This document shows, piece by piece, positions 23,353-35,714 of a stretch of 64,000 bases of DNA. Position 1 is the first letter of the stretch. Every line of letters starts with the position of its first letter. The notes beneath the pieces are model-generated. The model made no database searches. It was not told where the DNA came from and saw nothing but the letters and a program-made list of their open reading frames with translations. Made by a program: the position numbers and the translations under genes. The stretch comes from Selaginella moellendorffii (taxonomy: Eukaryota > Plantae > Lycopodiophyta): the NCBI RefSeq assembly GCF_000143415.4, contig NW_003314424.1, forward strand, positions 157,647 to 221,646, in the 5' to 3' direction.

Positions 23353-25625
23353 ATGGATGATGTGATTCCGGAGGAGGAGGTTCCGCCATGGACACAACAG
23401 ATCACTGTGCGCGGTCTTGCCGTGAGCGTGCTACTCGGGGTTGTGTTCTCCATCATCACCCACAAGCTCAGCCTCTCTATCGGCGTCGTTCCCTCGCTCA
23501 ATGTGGCTGCGGGGCTCTTGGGTTTCCTCCTGGTGAAGTCGTGGATGGCTCTCGTGGCCAAGCTGGGCCTCGTGACCAAGCCCTTCACCCAACAGGAGAA
23601 CACGGTCATCCAGACGTGCGTGGTTGCGTGCTATGGGATTGCAGTCAGTGGTAAGCTCTCCGGGCCGGGATCCCTCTGTCGCAAATCTTGGTTTGCTGGT
23701 GATACCGTCCAGGTGGATTCAGCACCTATCTGTTTGGGATGAGCAGCCGGACGTTCCAGGTCATTGGGCCTGGCTCTCCTGGAAACAGTGCACAGGATGT
23801 CAAGGATCCGAAGCTCGGCTGGATGACTTCGTTCGTGCTTACGTGCAGCTTTGTTGGAATCTTTGCTCTCGTGCCCCTTCGAAAGGTAGTGCTGCTCTTT
23901 TAGACTTCATTCAAGTTACTGCTCTCTAGGTGATGGTGATCGATTACAAGCTCACGTATCCAAGCGGCACAGCCACCGCAATGCTCATCAGCAGTTTCCA
24001 CAGCAACGCGGGTGCTCACGAGGCCAGGTAACCGGGATTGGATTCCGATACTCCGTTTGATCGTCGTGGTGTTCGTAGGAAACAAGTGGCCTGCCTCGGT
24101 AAGTCCTTTGCCGGGAGCTTTGCATGGAGCTTTCTCAAGTGGCTCGTTAGCGGTGGCACTGGAAGCAACTGCGGTTTCGAGCATTTCCCGACGCTGGGGC
24201 TCAAAGCCTATGCAAACACGTACGTGAAGAGTTCATGGAACTCTTGAGAGATCTCCTCTCACTTGACTGTGGATATCGAGGCAGGTTCTATTTCGACTTC
24301 AGTGCTACATTTGTGGGCACCGGCATGCTGTGCCCGAGCATCGTCAACTTTTCGGCACTAGCGGGAGCCATCCTGTCTTGGGCAATCCTGTGGCCTCTCA
24401 TCGGTGCCCGAGCCGGGGACTGGTATCCCGCGGGCCTGGAACCTACGAACTTCAAGGGGCTCTATGGATACAAGGTATGTGTGTGTTTTACAAAGGACAA
24501 GTCTGAGCTTGCTTGCTTTCTTAGGTGTTTATCGCCATTGCTCTCATCCTCGGCGATGGCCTCTACAATCTTCTCAAGATCGCCGTCATCAGCCTGAGGG
24601 CGGCCATGATCCACAAGGCAGGAGGGGACGACGCAACCGGTACGCAAGATCATCTTGGTTTGAAAAACTGACTGTGGAGCTCGTCCATCGGGCTCGCAGT
24701 AGTCCCGCTGTTGGATCTGGATCGAGACAAGCTAACCGAGACGTTCACCATGGAGGGCGTGCCAATGTGGATAGCCGCTACCGGATACGTGCTCCTGTCG
24801 CTGCTCTCGGTGCTGCACATACCCACGATCATCCCGGCACTACGCTGGTACCACGTCCTCGTCTGCTACCTCGTCGCCCCGGTGTTTGGCTTCTGCAACG
24901 CTTACGGCGCCGGGTTGACGGACTGGAACCTGGCGTCGTCGTATGGCAAGATGGGGCTGTTCGTGTTCGGGGCGTGGGTGGGATCGTCGGGTGGCGGCGT
25001 CATGGCTGGCCTTGGAGCTTGCGGCCTCGTCGTGTCCATCGCCTCCAACGCTGCCGATCTCATGCAAGACTTGAAGACCGGCTACCTCACACAGTCGTCG
25101 CCGCGCTCCATGTTCGTGAGCCAGCTCCTGGGGACGCTGCTGGGATGCTTTATAGCTCCGCTCACCTTCTGGATGTTTTGGAAGGCGTTCCCGGACGTCG
25201 GCCTGCCCGACGGGGAGTACAAGGCCCCCACCGCCATCGCCTACCGCCAGATCGCCATCCTGGGTGTGCAAGGCCTGGCAGCTCTTCCGGCCCACTGCCT
25301 CGAGTTTTGCATCGCCTTCTTCGCGCTGGCGCTGCTCCTGAATGCCGGCAGGGACTGCTTCTCCTGGCGGTGGCTGCCAATCCCGGTGGCGATGGCGATC
25401 CCCTTCTACATCGGCGCCTACTTCGCGGTGGACATGGTGGTGGGCAGCCTGGTGATGATCCTGTGGGAGAGGCTCCGCGGCAAGGACGAAGCGAGCGCGT
25501 ATGGAGCGGCAGTGGCGTCGGGCCTCATCTGCGGCGATGGATTGTGGACGATCCCCTCAGCCGTGGTGGCGCTGCTCAAAATCAAGCCTCCCATGTGTAT
25601 GACCTTCCTTCCAACTGCGACTTAA
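23353..25625 (+). CDS. YSL: Yellow Stripe-Like metal-nicotianamine transporter (OPT family)
   Basis: [77 protein letters not shown]. Confidence 0.95.
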
Positions 25626-26303
25626 AAAGGAGATTGACTGGGTTTGACTGACTCGCTGACTTTGTCCGTTGACCGACTCCTCTCATGCGTTGCCTCTTCT
25701 TCTTCGTCTTCGTCGTCTTCGCTGAAGAAAGTTCAAGCACTTTTTGAGAAGTTCTCGATCGAGGAGATCTATACCCTTCGTCGGCGGCGCTGGATCACGG
25801 GCAGGAGCGAAGAGGCGGGAGAAGAGATCCTCCTCATCCCTCGATCGGCAGGCCTAGGAGCGCTTGCAGGGGAATTCAATCGCCTCGCCACAAGAGCTCG
25901 CCGGCGCGCCCGAGGCCTCGCCGCTGCCCGCCTGAATCCTCTCACGGTACACTCGCCCAGCAGCCGGCTCACCGCCGTCGCCCAGGACGCCAGCATCTTC
26001 TCGCAATCGCATTCATCGCATCGCATCTTCGCATTTTCTGGTCCCCATAGGGTCGCGTCCAGTTGCCACGTCGGACGGCATCCAACGAGTTAGACCTCGC
26101 CACGTGGGGGGAGCTAACTAACATTGGCCTCTGTCTTCCTTTTCCCCCTTTTGGTCGTGTCATTGTTTTTTTAATTTTAGACCTAAAGTAGGCTAGAGCT
26201 CTCCCGGGAGGAGGAGAAAAGAGGGCAACGAAGCAACGCAAATGGCGGGCATTCTTCGTTAGGGCGCGGCGGTAAGCATCCTGTCCCGTCACTCACTCTC
26301 TCT

Positions 26304-27044
26304 GTGCGGCCGCCCAAGCCCAAAATCGATCAATCCATGATGGGGGAGGGAGAAGAAGAGGAGGAAGATTTGCTGCTCCAAGAATGCGGCGGCGGCGGTG
26401 GTGTGGGCGGCGGCAAGGAGAGCAGCAGTGGCAGCAGCAGCAGCAGCAGTGACCACATTCTCGTGAGCCTGGGCGCGCTGGTGCCCGATCAAGACGAGGC
26501 CGCCCGGCTAGTGGCGGCGGCGTCGCACTACCACTGCCACGCGCTGCGCGGCCACACCCAGTGCAGCAACGTGGTACCGCAGTGGATCCAGGCGCCGGTG
26601 GCGGTGGTGTGGTCGGTCGTGCGGCGCTTCGACAGCCCCCAGGCATACAAGTGCTTCATCCGGGGCTGCGTGCTGAGGGAGGGCGACGGCGTGAGCGTGG
26701 GCAGCACCCGCGACGTGACGCTCGTCTCGGGCCTGCCCGCCAGCTGCAGCACCGAGAGGCTGGAGATCCTGGACGACCAGCACCACGTCCTCAGCTTCCG
26801 GGTGGTGGGCGGCGAGCACCGCCTCAGGAACTACACCTCCGTCACCTCGCTCCACGCCACCACCGCCGGCGGCCGCGACGCCACCATTGTGCTCGAGTCC
26901 TACGTGGTGGACGTGCCCGCCGGCAACAGCAAGGAGGAGACGCTCACCTTCACCGACACCGTCGTGCGCTGCAACCTCCAGTCCCTGGCCAAAGTGTGCG
27001 AGCATCTGGCCTTGCAGCAGCAGCAGCAGCACCAAGATCGATGA
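26304..27044 (+). CDS. PYL: PYR/PYL/RCAR abscisic acid receptor, intronless (start could be 26335 or 26338)
   Basis: [17 protein letters not shown], gate SGLPA, latch [22 protein letters not shown]. Confidence 0.95.
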   Translation: MRPPKPKIDQSMMGEGEEEEEDLLLQECGGGGGVGGGKESSSGSSSSSSDHILVSLGALVPDQDEAARLVAAASHYHCHALRGHTQCSNVVPQWIQAPVAVVWSVVRRFDSPQAYKCFIRGCVLREGDGVSVGSTRDVTLVSGLPASCSTERLEILDDQHHVLSFRVVGGEHRLRNYTSVTSLHATTAGGRDATIVLESYVVDVPAGNSKEETLTFTDTVVRCNLQSLAKVCEHLALQQQQQHQDR

Positions 27045-27259
27045 TACGCTACGATTGTCGATCGATGAGCGATCGATCCCTCTCGCCCCCCCTCCCGCTC
27101 ACAAGATCTTATGGCCGGATCAACGTAACATACTTACGTGCGTACATGCATGCTATGCGCGATGATATTGGAGATTTTTTTCATGCTTTTCAAAGAAGCA
27201 CAACACTTCTGGGGCTTGGACAAAAGGGACAGTGCAACATTTGGCCGATAGATGTATCA

Positions 27260-28777
27260 TCACCTCTTGCACTTGGCTTTGGTGGACGAGTTTGTGGACG
27301 ACGATGGGTGGTGGTGCCAGTTGCGCTTGCGCTGGTTGATGAACCAGTTGTTGATTTGCTTGAGCTCCAGCCCGGTCTCTTGGACCAGCCGCGCCTTCTC
27401 GTCCTCCTGCCACATCTCTACCTAGTGAGATCGATGATCCAGCAATGCTGAGAATGCGTGAACTCACGGTTGGATACGGCCATTTGGAGTGCGCATGCCA
27501 CCACGCCTTGAGAACCGAGGTGGTGTCGCCTGGCAGCTTCCCGGCTCGTCTCTTGCGGAGGATCTCCTCCCGCACGTCCACAATCCTCGCTCTATACCCC
27601 TGCAAGAAGCTCAAGTCGGGTAACTCGATCGGAAAGAATGAATCCGAGAGAAAGAAGAACCTGCTTGAGCTCGTGCTTGAGCTCCTGTCTCACGCGCTCC
27701 ATGAGTGTTCTCTCCGTCTCCGTGGGGATGAGGGGTCCGAATCCCAGATTGTCCTGCCAGTAATCGCTGTCCGACTGCTGCTGCTGCTGCTGCTCCTGCT
27801 GGGGCTGCTGCTGCTCGTCCTCGTCGTCGGACATGGTTGCGCCCGTACCCTCCCCCGGCGCAGCTCCTGCTTTTCAACACGCGGTTGGCACTACACCTAT
27901 GAACATTGGTTCATGAATTTCATGGCACGAACTGTGGAGAATTACCAGTTAGGCTGATGAGCGACTGTTCCAGCTCCCAGCACGCCATCACCGCTTCCTT
28001 GGCATGGACGCGAACGTGGTGCTGGAGCTGGTCCTTGAACGACTTGAGCAACATCACGTAGTGAGCCTGGATACAACACACAATAAGCACCACCAACAAT
28101 CAATACGATGAAAATACCATGAAGTGGTCGAGTTCTTCCTTGCTGCTCCCGCACAATAGCTGGTGGTTGGCCAGAATGGAGTACTTTGCAATGGCGTGGT
28201 GGCACTGGGAGATTTGCCCGTCAATCCTCGACAGTTGGTCGACTGGAGTGGCAATCCTGAGGCAGGCAACGTGAGCTTCGAGCAGCTGCTCGTACAAGGG
28301 ATGCGTGACAATATCAGCTTTGAGCCCGGCATTCATCTGGTAGCGCGCAGCAGCACACTCGTCCAAGTCGGGGTCACCTGGAACGGAGCCGTGGCTGGTC
28401 ACATCCGCTTCCACCGCCCCCATGAGCATCGCCGCCGCCGCCACTGCTGCTTTCCTGTCTTGCTCCACCAGCAACTCGGTGGTGGTGGTGGTGGTAGTAG
28501 CAGTGGCCGGACTTGTGTTGGTGGTAGCGGAAGCTTGTTGCTGCTCGAGGCGCCTAACACCCGTGCTAGTAGCACCAGCCGCGGAGAGCCAGTTGGTATA
28601 GGACGAAGACGAGGGATTCGGCCAGGCTTGCTGCTGCTGATCTTGTGCCTGTTGTTGAGAGCTTGTTTGCCTCGACAGAGCCGAGTTGAGCCAAGTGGGC
28701 ATTCCCATCTGCTGCTGCTGCTGCTTGCTCGAATCGGCAGCAGCGGCCTCGTCTCCACTCTGCGAGCTGGAACCCAT
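27260..28777 (-). CDS. Class II KNOX homeodomain transcription factor (KNAT3-like)
   Basis: KNOX1 [61 protein letters not shown], homeodomain [31 protein letters not shown]. Confidence 0.95.
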
Positions 28778-31649
28778 GCTTGTTTGTGCTTACAAGTATA
28801 ACAGATGCCCGGCCTGGGGAAAATGGCCCCCTTTTTCCTCCGCTCCGCTCTCTAATCTAGGGAGCATATGCCTCCCTCACGACAAGAATGTGTAGCTGCT
28901 CTTGTGCTTTGTGCTGTCCTTTCTCCTGGCTGCTTCGAGATTTCTGGCCTGGCTTGACGAACGACCACCAGAGATTGATCAGAGGAGGAGCTCCACGGCT
29001 ATGGATGGAACATGGAAAAGAGAAGCTAGCTTTTCTCCCGCTCCAGCACCTAGGACCTAGGCCTACGAGTTAGCGCTCCAACACACACTTGACTAGAGCA
29101 AGCAACAAACAAGGAGCAAGGGAAGGGGACCATATCTATACCAAGCATCAGCATATAGACAAACTCCAGAAATTAAAACAACAGCATTGATGCAAGGATG
29201 GTAATTAGATGGAAGGCCAAGGCAAGCCACTTTCTCAGCAGTCCTACTCGCAGTCAAAATCAATCAACAGCAAGAGAAAAAGAGAGATGCATATGCTTCT
29301 CTTTAGAAATCCTTGGAAACAAGTAGGTGAAACATTGTACAAAGCAACAAACACATATGATCACCAACTAAGCGGCCCTGGCACTTGCTTCAAGGCGGAC
29401 ACGAATCCGGGTGGGATTTCCAAGCAAGAGGAACGGAACTGGAACTCGGGTTGCAGTCAGTGGACTGTGCAGTGAAGTGAGTGCAGAAGTTGCAGCAAGC
29501 AAAGCTGCAGACACAGGTGCAGGTGCAGGAGGAGGAGGAGGAGCAGTAGCAGGAAGGAAGGACCTTGAAGGAAGCAAGCAGCACAAAAACAAGACAGGCC
29601 AACACTGGCCCCTACCAAACATCCAAAGTCAAACTGCCTTACGAAAGATCCCAATGTAGGAATAGGAGGAGAGGTGTACCTCTCTCTTTGTCTATCTATC
29701 TATCACAGAGACCCCAAAAGCGACCACAAGCACAAGCACCAATTGAAGCAAACATAATTCTCAGCGAGAGAGCACCTCTCGCTCTCACTCACTGGGGTTG
29801 ATGCGTACTTGATTTGATTCCGTGTGGTCCATCCAGCCATCCATCTATCCATGCTCCATCCGTCCAAGTTCCAAAGTCTTAGTCGGATCCATTGGTTAAA
29901 GTTGCATCACGTACTTAGCTCGTAATCCAGTCGGCGGCATTGTCTCCCTTTTGCTTTGGTGTGCTTTTTCTTAAGTCGCCTGCCAAGCATGCAATCAAGG
30001 AATGCAAAGCGAAGGCGTTCTCACTATAATTGAGGTCACTTTCTGTAAATCAGCTGGACGCCCGTGCGAAGCATCGCTTCCTACATAAAAAACTATCCCG
30101 TTCTTTCCAACAGCATGACACTAAGAGGGCATATATATATATGTGGAGACCAAGTGAAAGTCGGATGGATGGATATAAAAAAATCTTTTTCTGCTGTTGC
30201 TGCTCGCTTCACTCACTACCGGAGCTCGAGGATGTGGAATTGGAGGCCTTTCCCTGCTTGGGTGCGCACCATTTCGCATTCAAGTTGGACGTGGACATTT
30301 CCTGATGTTGATGTGCGAGCAGCAGGGACTTCTACGCTGGTCACGACAAGGAGTTCGATTCCACCTCCCACCACTCCATACCTATACATCATACACGGAC
30401 AGGCGATCCCCGATGTAACTTCTGCATATCGGGCAGTGTTTACATCTCTCGGAGCACACGCTGCCAACAAAGCCAGTCAGTAGGACGCCACCACAACGGA
30501 CTTCAAACATCAACCTGCAAAGGACTCGATGTTTACACAGAGTAACACCACGGCTATGTCACGCTCAAAGCACACCCGGCAAAGCACTTTCTCCTGCAGG
30601 GCCATCTTAGAGCAATAAGCCAGTCACGCTACACATAAATCACATATAATGCAGTGAAAAGGAGAAGCCCATACGCTCTGCAGGCGGTCAAACTCGTGCT
30701 GTCGATGCTTGGCTATTCATGTTTGCTCCGCTTGAAGCCTCCATATCTGTGTACAAGCCAGAGTGAGTCAGGCATTGGAGAAACAAGCGTAAAGTACCTC
30801 TGCAAGGTCTTTCCGGGCCATTTTCTTGACCGGAAGGCCAGTAAATGTGTAGTACCTGGAAGTACAAATCTCGCATAAATGCAAGCCAAAAAACCAGAGC
30901 CAAAGACAGTTGATTTTCTTGTTTTACCCCGAAAGAGCCGGTCTTGTTCTTCTTTGCTCTTCTCATCCATGGACTACCACCCAAGAAGCCTAAGTTGATG
31001 AATTGTCAAGGAACAGGGAACTCTATATAGATGACTAACCTTGAGCCATGGCGAACAAAACCATAGAATTCCGGGAGACGAGCTCTATGATACGTCACCT
31101 ACATGCATTAGCCTTTCCACGACACGCAAAACTGTAAGAAGAATACCCAAGTCAGAATGGAATGTTTATTGCTCCTGCTAAAGAAAAGAAACATAGTAGT
31201 TTTGCTTGCTGCCTTTCTTGATGGATAAGTTAAGAAAGTCTTACCTCAAGCTTTATACACAATAAGATCTGCGATATCAATACTGGCTTCGATGCCTTCG
31301 TCCTCAAAGTATGATTGATGTGGAAGATGCACTGCAAAGATATCGTCTCTTTCCAGTGTTTCACAAGACGATGAAAGAGATCCTCGAATCCAAGGGTTGG
31401 TCCATTTGGTGCAGACCAGAATGGTGAAATACTCAGCAATACTGAGCAGCAAAAGCATTAACAACGATGCAAATACAAAACTTACCTTACTTTATAAACA
31501 AGTTCCGCGATTCAAAATCCCCCACGCGAAAAAGGAGTGAAAATTCTAACTAGTAATACAAACTATTCTTACCAGTTAATTTAACAACCGGATGCAAAAG
31601 CCCCTGAAGCATAACAGTCCGAGAAACTAAGTTCCAAAGGGGCATAGTA

Positions 31650-31900
31650 CCAAGAGATGGTGCTTCGTTCTGGCATATCGTCAAACAAAGCCTTAGTTAC
31701 GATGCCCATTCTGGGTATGGATTGGTATTACAACATTCCAAGACACAACGTCCCACACGGGCATTGCATCGAGCACCTTTATTTGGCTTTGAAACGGCCG
31801 CCAGAGAGCACGCAGACATTAGTCCCGTCCACAAGAATAAATAGCTTGTCATCGTCTCAAACAAGCGCTGGGCATAGGCAACCAGTACTTGTGAGGCCAG
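31650..31900 (-). pseudogene. Frameshifted PLS-PPR fragment within a patchwork of unidentified exon-like pieces (about 30000-32200)
   Basis: AQRLFETM, LDAMPVWDVVSWNVVI and KALFDDMPERSTISW in shifting frames. Confidence 0.6.
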
Positions 31901-32436
31901 GAAAGAGAGGAGGGCATGCGCACAGACTGTTAGCCTCGTCGAGGAGTTCGTGCCTGTGCAGGAGGAGGAAATGAAAAAGGAGGATGATATATCAGAATAT
32001 AACTCTAACAAGCGGTAGAACTAGGGTTTGGGATGACTCGGATATAATCGCTTACCCAAACATAGGTGTTGCGTGACTGCCGTCGCCATACTCCTCGCTG
32101 AGCTCTTCAGACAGTGTTGGGGTATCGGCGTGCCTCTGTCAACTTCCTGCAAGCCAGAGAATGTTAATAAGCTTTATGGTGGGATTAGGCAATTGCATTT
32201 ACTGACTTTAAATATATTATCAGCCATCTTTCATATATAGTTTTAGTTACATTAATAAATAAGCAGACTATGAAGCAATTCACTTACATAAATGATGTTA
32301 CACTTGAATTATCCATGGCAGGGAGCTGACGAAGAAGATACTCGGTCTGATCCACAATTCATCCAACATTCAAGCTGCAAGCATGAATTTTACAGTGAAG
32401 CACTGTGCTCTTTAGGCGCTCTCAAAACCCCCAGAT

Positions 32437-33240
32437 TCAGATGAGGCAGGTGTCTTTCGGAAGGGAGGTTTGGTTTTGAGAAGGAGCATTGTATTCCTCA
32501 AGTTGGAGCTTGGCCTGGAGAAACTCAGCTACGTCCTCCAGCTCCTCCGGCTCCTTGATCCAGTGCCCGTCCAGCTTGGCGCCCACATACTGCCTCCACG
32601 TCACGTCCACGTTCATGTTGGTGCTGAGTACGTGACGAGCCCTCAACGCGAGCTCGAGAGGCACCTTGCGATCGTGAGTGCCGTGGCCCAAAAAGACGGG
32701 AGTAGCCTCAGCCCCCTGTAAATCTCCCTCTTTCAACGTCCCCTGATCGAGCTTGTGAGCGAGGGGTAACCATCCGCTCATGCCCACATAGGCTCCCAGC
32801 CTGTGCTCGCAGCGCAGCAAGGCGTACAGGGACGTTGCCTGTCCCTGGCTGAGGCCGCCAAGCACAAGCTTGTCTGCCCTGCCACCCAGCCGCTGCACCT
32901 CCTCCTCAATGAGCCGCAGAACGTACTCAACGGAGCTGCTTAGTCCTGGGATCTCCTGCGCCGACTCGCTGCTGTCCCGCGGCGAGGCGTCCAGCCACTG
33001 CTTGCGCTCCATCTCCATGGAACTCGACCACAGCAGCCCTGAGCTGGGGAAGACCCAGCGGAAGCTCGGGAACTTGGCAAAGAGAGAGGGGCGCCTCCGA
33101 CGGATCGCCCTCCAAAACTGTGGCCCGTCGCTGCCGCCGCCATGGAGGAAGATGACGGTATGGGTGTGCTCCGCAGCTGGCTCCTGGATTTGTGGCACCG
33201 GCCGCCCGCTCATGGTGGAAATCATTAGGGCTCTGCCCAT
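32437..33240 (-). CDS. Phospholipase/carboxylesterase (Abhydrolase_2), intronless, fungal-like
   Basis: HTHTVIFLHG, RWVFP, GLSQG nucleophile elbow, TPVFLGHGTHD, GHW: Ser-Asp-His triad intact. Confidence 0.9.
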   Translation of the reverse strand: MGRALMISTMSGRPVPQIQEPAAEHTHTVIFLHGGGSDGPQFWRAIRRRRPSLFAKFPSFRWVFPSSGLLWSSSMEMERKQWLDASPRDSSESAQEIPGLSSSVEYVLRLIEEEVQRLGGRADKLVLGGLSQGQATSLYALLRCEHRLGAYVGMSGWLPLAHKLDQGTLKEGDLQGAEATPVFLGHGTHDRKVPLELALRARHVLSTNMNVDVTWRQYVGAKLDGHWIKEPEELEDVAEFLQAKLQLEEYNAPSQNQTSLPKDTCLI

Positions 33241-33806
33241 TTTAGTTTAAGTAGTTTTAGGGTAAATAACAAGTTTTGAAAGTGTTTTAAAATTTCTAAA
33301 TAAAGTGGCGCTCGGGTCCCATTAGAATAATTATTTGGCAAAAAAACACACATATATAACATAGAATGTTACATGGTTTTCTAAGTTGTAGAGCATTCAT
33401 GATATTGGATTCATGATCATGATAGAGCTATAAAATTTTAAAGTTTGATAGAATATACATTTTTGGGTATGAGGGATAGATCCACTAACTACCATGTGGA
33501 GTAGGAGCAGAGTAGACAAGTAAGACATTGCAAACTGATCGAATTCTGCAAGATCACCGACATGAAAATCTTAAATGGGACATCACACTTGAGATACACA
33601 TATCATTCCCACACCTGGGCAAGTCGGTCTCCTATCCTTCCTGGAATTCGTCGATCACAGACCAATCGCAATCACACTCTGGCTTTGTGCCCCACATGAA
33701 AACTAAAACAACATAGCAACAGACTTGCCCCTTGATCGACCAACTCCATGAAGTAGATCACCTACAGCAGCGAGTTGAGGAACTTTGGAACACACACACA
33801 CACACA

Positions 33807-35714
33807 CACACAAGAAATCCTTGATTTTATTCATTGTGAAATATCAATTAAAGAGTGTATATGTGGCAAGTGATGTGGCACATCAATCACTTGCCACATA
33901 AGCCAAGATTGCCACGTCACTTGCCCCATATGTGGGAGGTTGGCCCCGTCGCGACGGAGCTCTTCAAGACGCTGAGGTATCTTGCGCTCCAAGCGAGTCA
34001 CTGATCACGTCAAGACCCGGGATCTCAAGAAGCTCTTCACGCTACTGATATTTCGGCTCAAAGATTCCAGCGAGAGATCACACTTGTGCTCACGGAGCTA
34101 GAATCGTCAGAACTGGTAAGCTTTTCTTCTTTTTTTGAGAAGATTATACGAAAGAGAGAACGAACTCACTTTTCTTCACACGAATTGATTGGAGCCTTTG
34201 AAGATGTAGTCTTTAGCCGCGAAATGGTGATGCGCCAAGATTCTGGTGCCATACATGCTCCTGTTTCCAAAGTTCTTCGGTGTTTCAACATGTTTTGCTT
34301 TTTCTTAATGTTCCCTCTTGGCTTTTCCCTAATGGCTTTTTTTTTCCATTCTACCAGAGTGATTGATAGTGAGGATGAAAGAGACATTCATCCCAAAGCT
34401 GCTATAGATTGTTTGGCTGGTGGGGCTTAATCGTTTCTTACTCAAGGTTTTGAAGCACCTCACCTTGAAGAGATCCATTGATGCGAGTCGAATGGAGTTC
34501 TTCTCCTACGCTGAAGCATTTCCTTCTATAGTTCAAATGGAGTTTGTTGTTGGTACTTCTGACCAAGTATCTGCATGTAGCTAACTCTTTATTCTTTCTC
34601 GGTTTCCAGGAGCTGTTCAGTCCATCGTTCAACTTCTTCGCAAGCAAGAGACCCGATGTGCAGCAGTAACAATGTTGGGGAAGACTATGGAGCTTTGCCT
34701 ACAACAGGTAGAATTAACATATGATAAATCCAGGTTCTTACATTTCTTTCCTTTCATTCTAGCTGAATGAGAAGTGTGATCTTACACAAATCTTATTAAA
34801 GGAGAGCTCTCAAAGCAATTACCAACCAGGTTTTGGTTGTTTTCTCTTCTTCTTTCTTGTTCATTTTGTATTTTTAAACAGGTGACTCCTGTAGCAAGAG
34901 GAGATGAGAACTCTCCTCATGGGAATTCAGCATGTCAAGAAGCTCCAGAAAGCCAGGTAAAAACTTGAGTGTCTCAATGTTAAACGTTTGCATTTTTTTA
35001 GAATCTGGCAAGACATCCATGGCATTTCTTCCAGGAGGTAAGTTCGATCCTTTTTTTATGTTATAATCTTTCTTTTACAGAGCCAGCAAGCCAACTAGAG
35101 CAAGTGCCAGTGAGCCAGCAGCAGCAAGCAGCAACAAGTAACAGTGAGCAGCAGCCAGGAACTTGGTGAGCTACAGCAGGCTGGGCAAAGGAGAAGCTGG
35201 AGAAGATTAGTGCACTCTAGATGGTGCCAGCCAGGTAAAAGACGATGATGGGGTGGTGGTGGCGGAGGAGGAGCCTGCTTTGGCTCGGCAGCTAGTAGCA
35301 GCAAGTCAGCCAGCAGCAGTGAGCAGCAAGAGCAGCAACAGCAGCAGAAGCAAGCAGCACAAGCAGCAGTGCAAGCAGCAAGTAACAAGCAAAGTTTTAG
35401 ATATCAATTCAATTAACAATCCAGATTTGTGGCATTTAATGTTCAAATAGATAGTGCTGTGTAAAGCTTATGTGGCATCCAATGTAGCAATCCATGGAAA
35501 TCAAACATGACAACATCAATGAAAAACTTGTGAATTGGTTATTAAATCAATTTGAAAATTCATACATTGTGAAACGATTGTAATCTCACATTCATGATTC
35601 ACATGGTTATACATCTAAAATTCATTATAAATGAATCTGTTGTGAATTTTAAAAATTCAGAAATGTTTAATTTGAAATTCTTTAATCATGATTTTTTGTT
35701 TTTTTTTTGTAGTG
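33807..35714. mobile_element. Non-autonomous CACTA/EnSpm-like element
   Basis: Right end ...tttgTAGTG (reverse complement CACTACAAAA); left end cacacaagaaatccttgatt resembles it; TGCCAC/GTGGCA subterminal repeats at 33860-33930 and 35427-35480; flanked by ACA; micro-exon remnants inside. Confidence 0.5.

Noticed and set aside
25725-25800. COG1/Vps51-like VQALFEKFSIEEI
   Set aside because: Similarity does not extend; no gene structure.
14604-27451. Long antisense or alternative-frame ORFs (14604-15509, 19355-20395, 24404-25651, 26561-27451)
   Set aside because: Shadows of GC-rich real coding sequences; no recognisable motifs.
18435-28777. Functional signalling or metabolic gene cluster
   Set aside because: Genes are unrelated in pathway; adjacency is explained by genome compaction.
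29930-30020. Possible miRNA hairpin upstream of KNOX
   Set aside because: No convincing stem and no match to conserved miRNAs I know.
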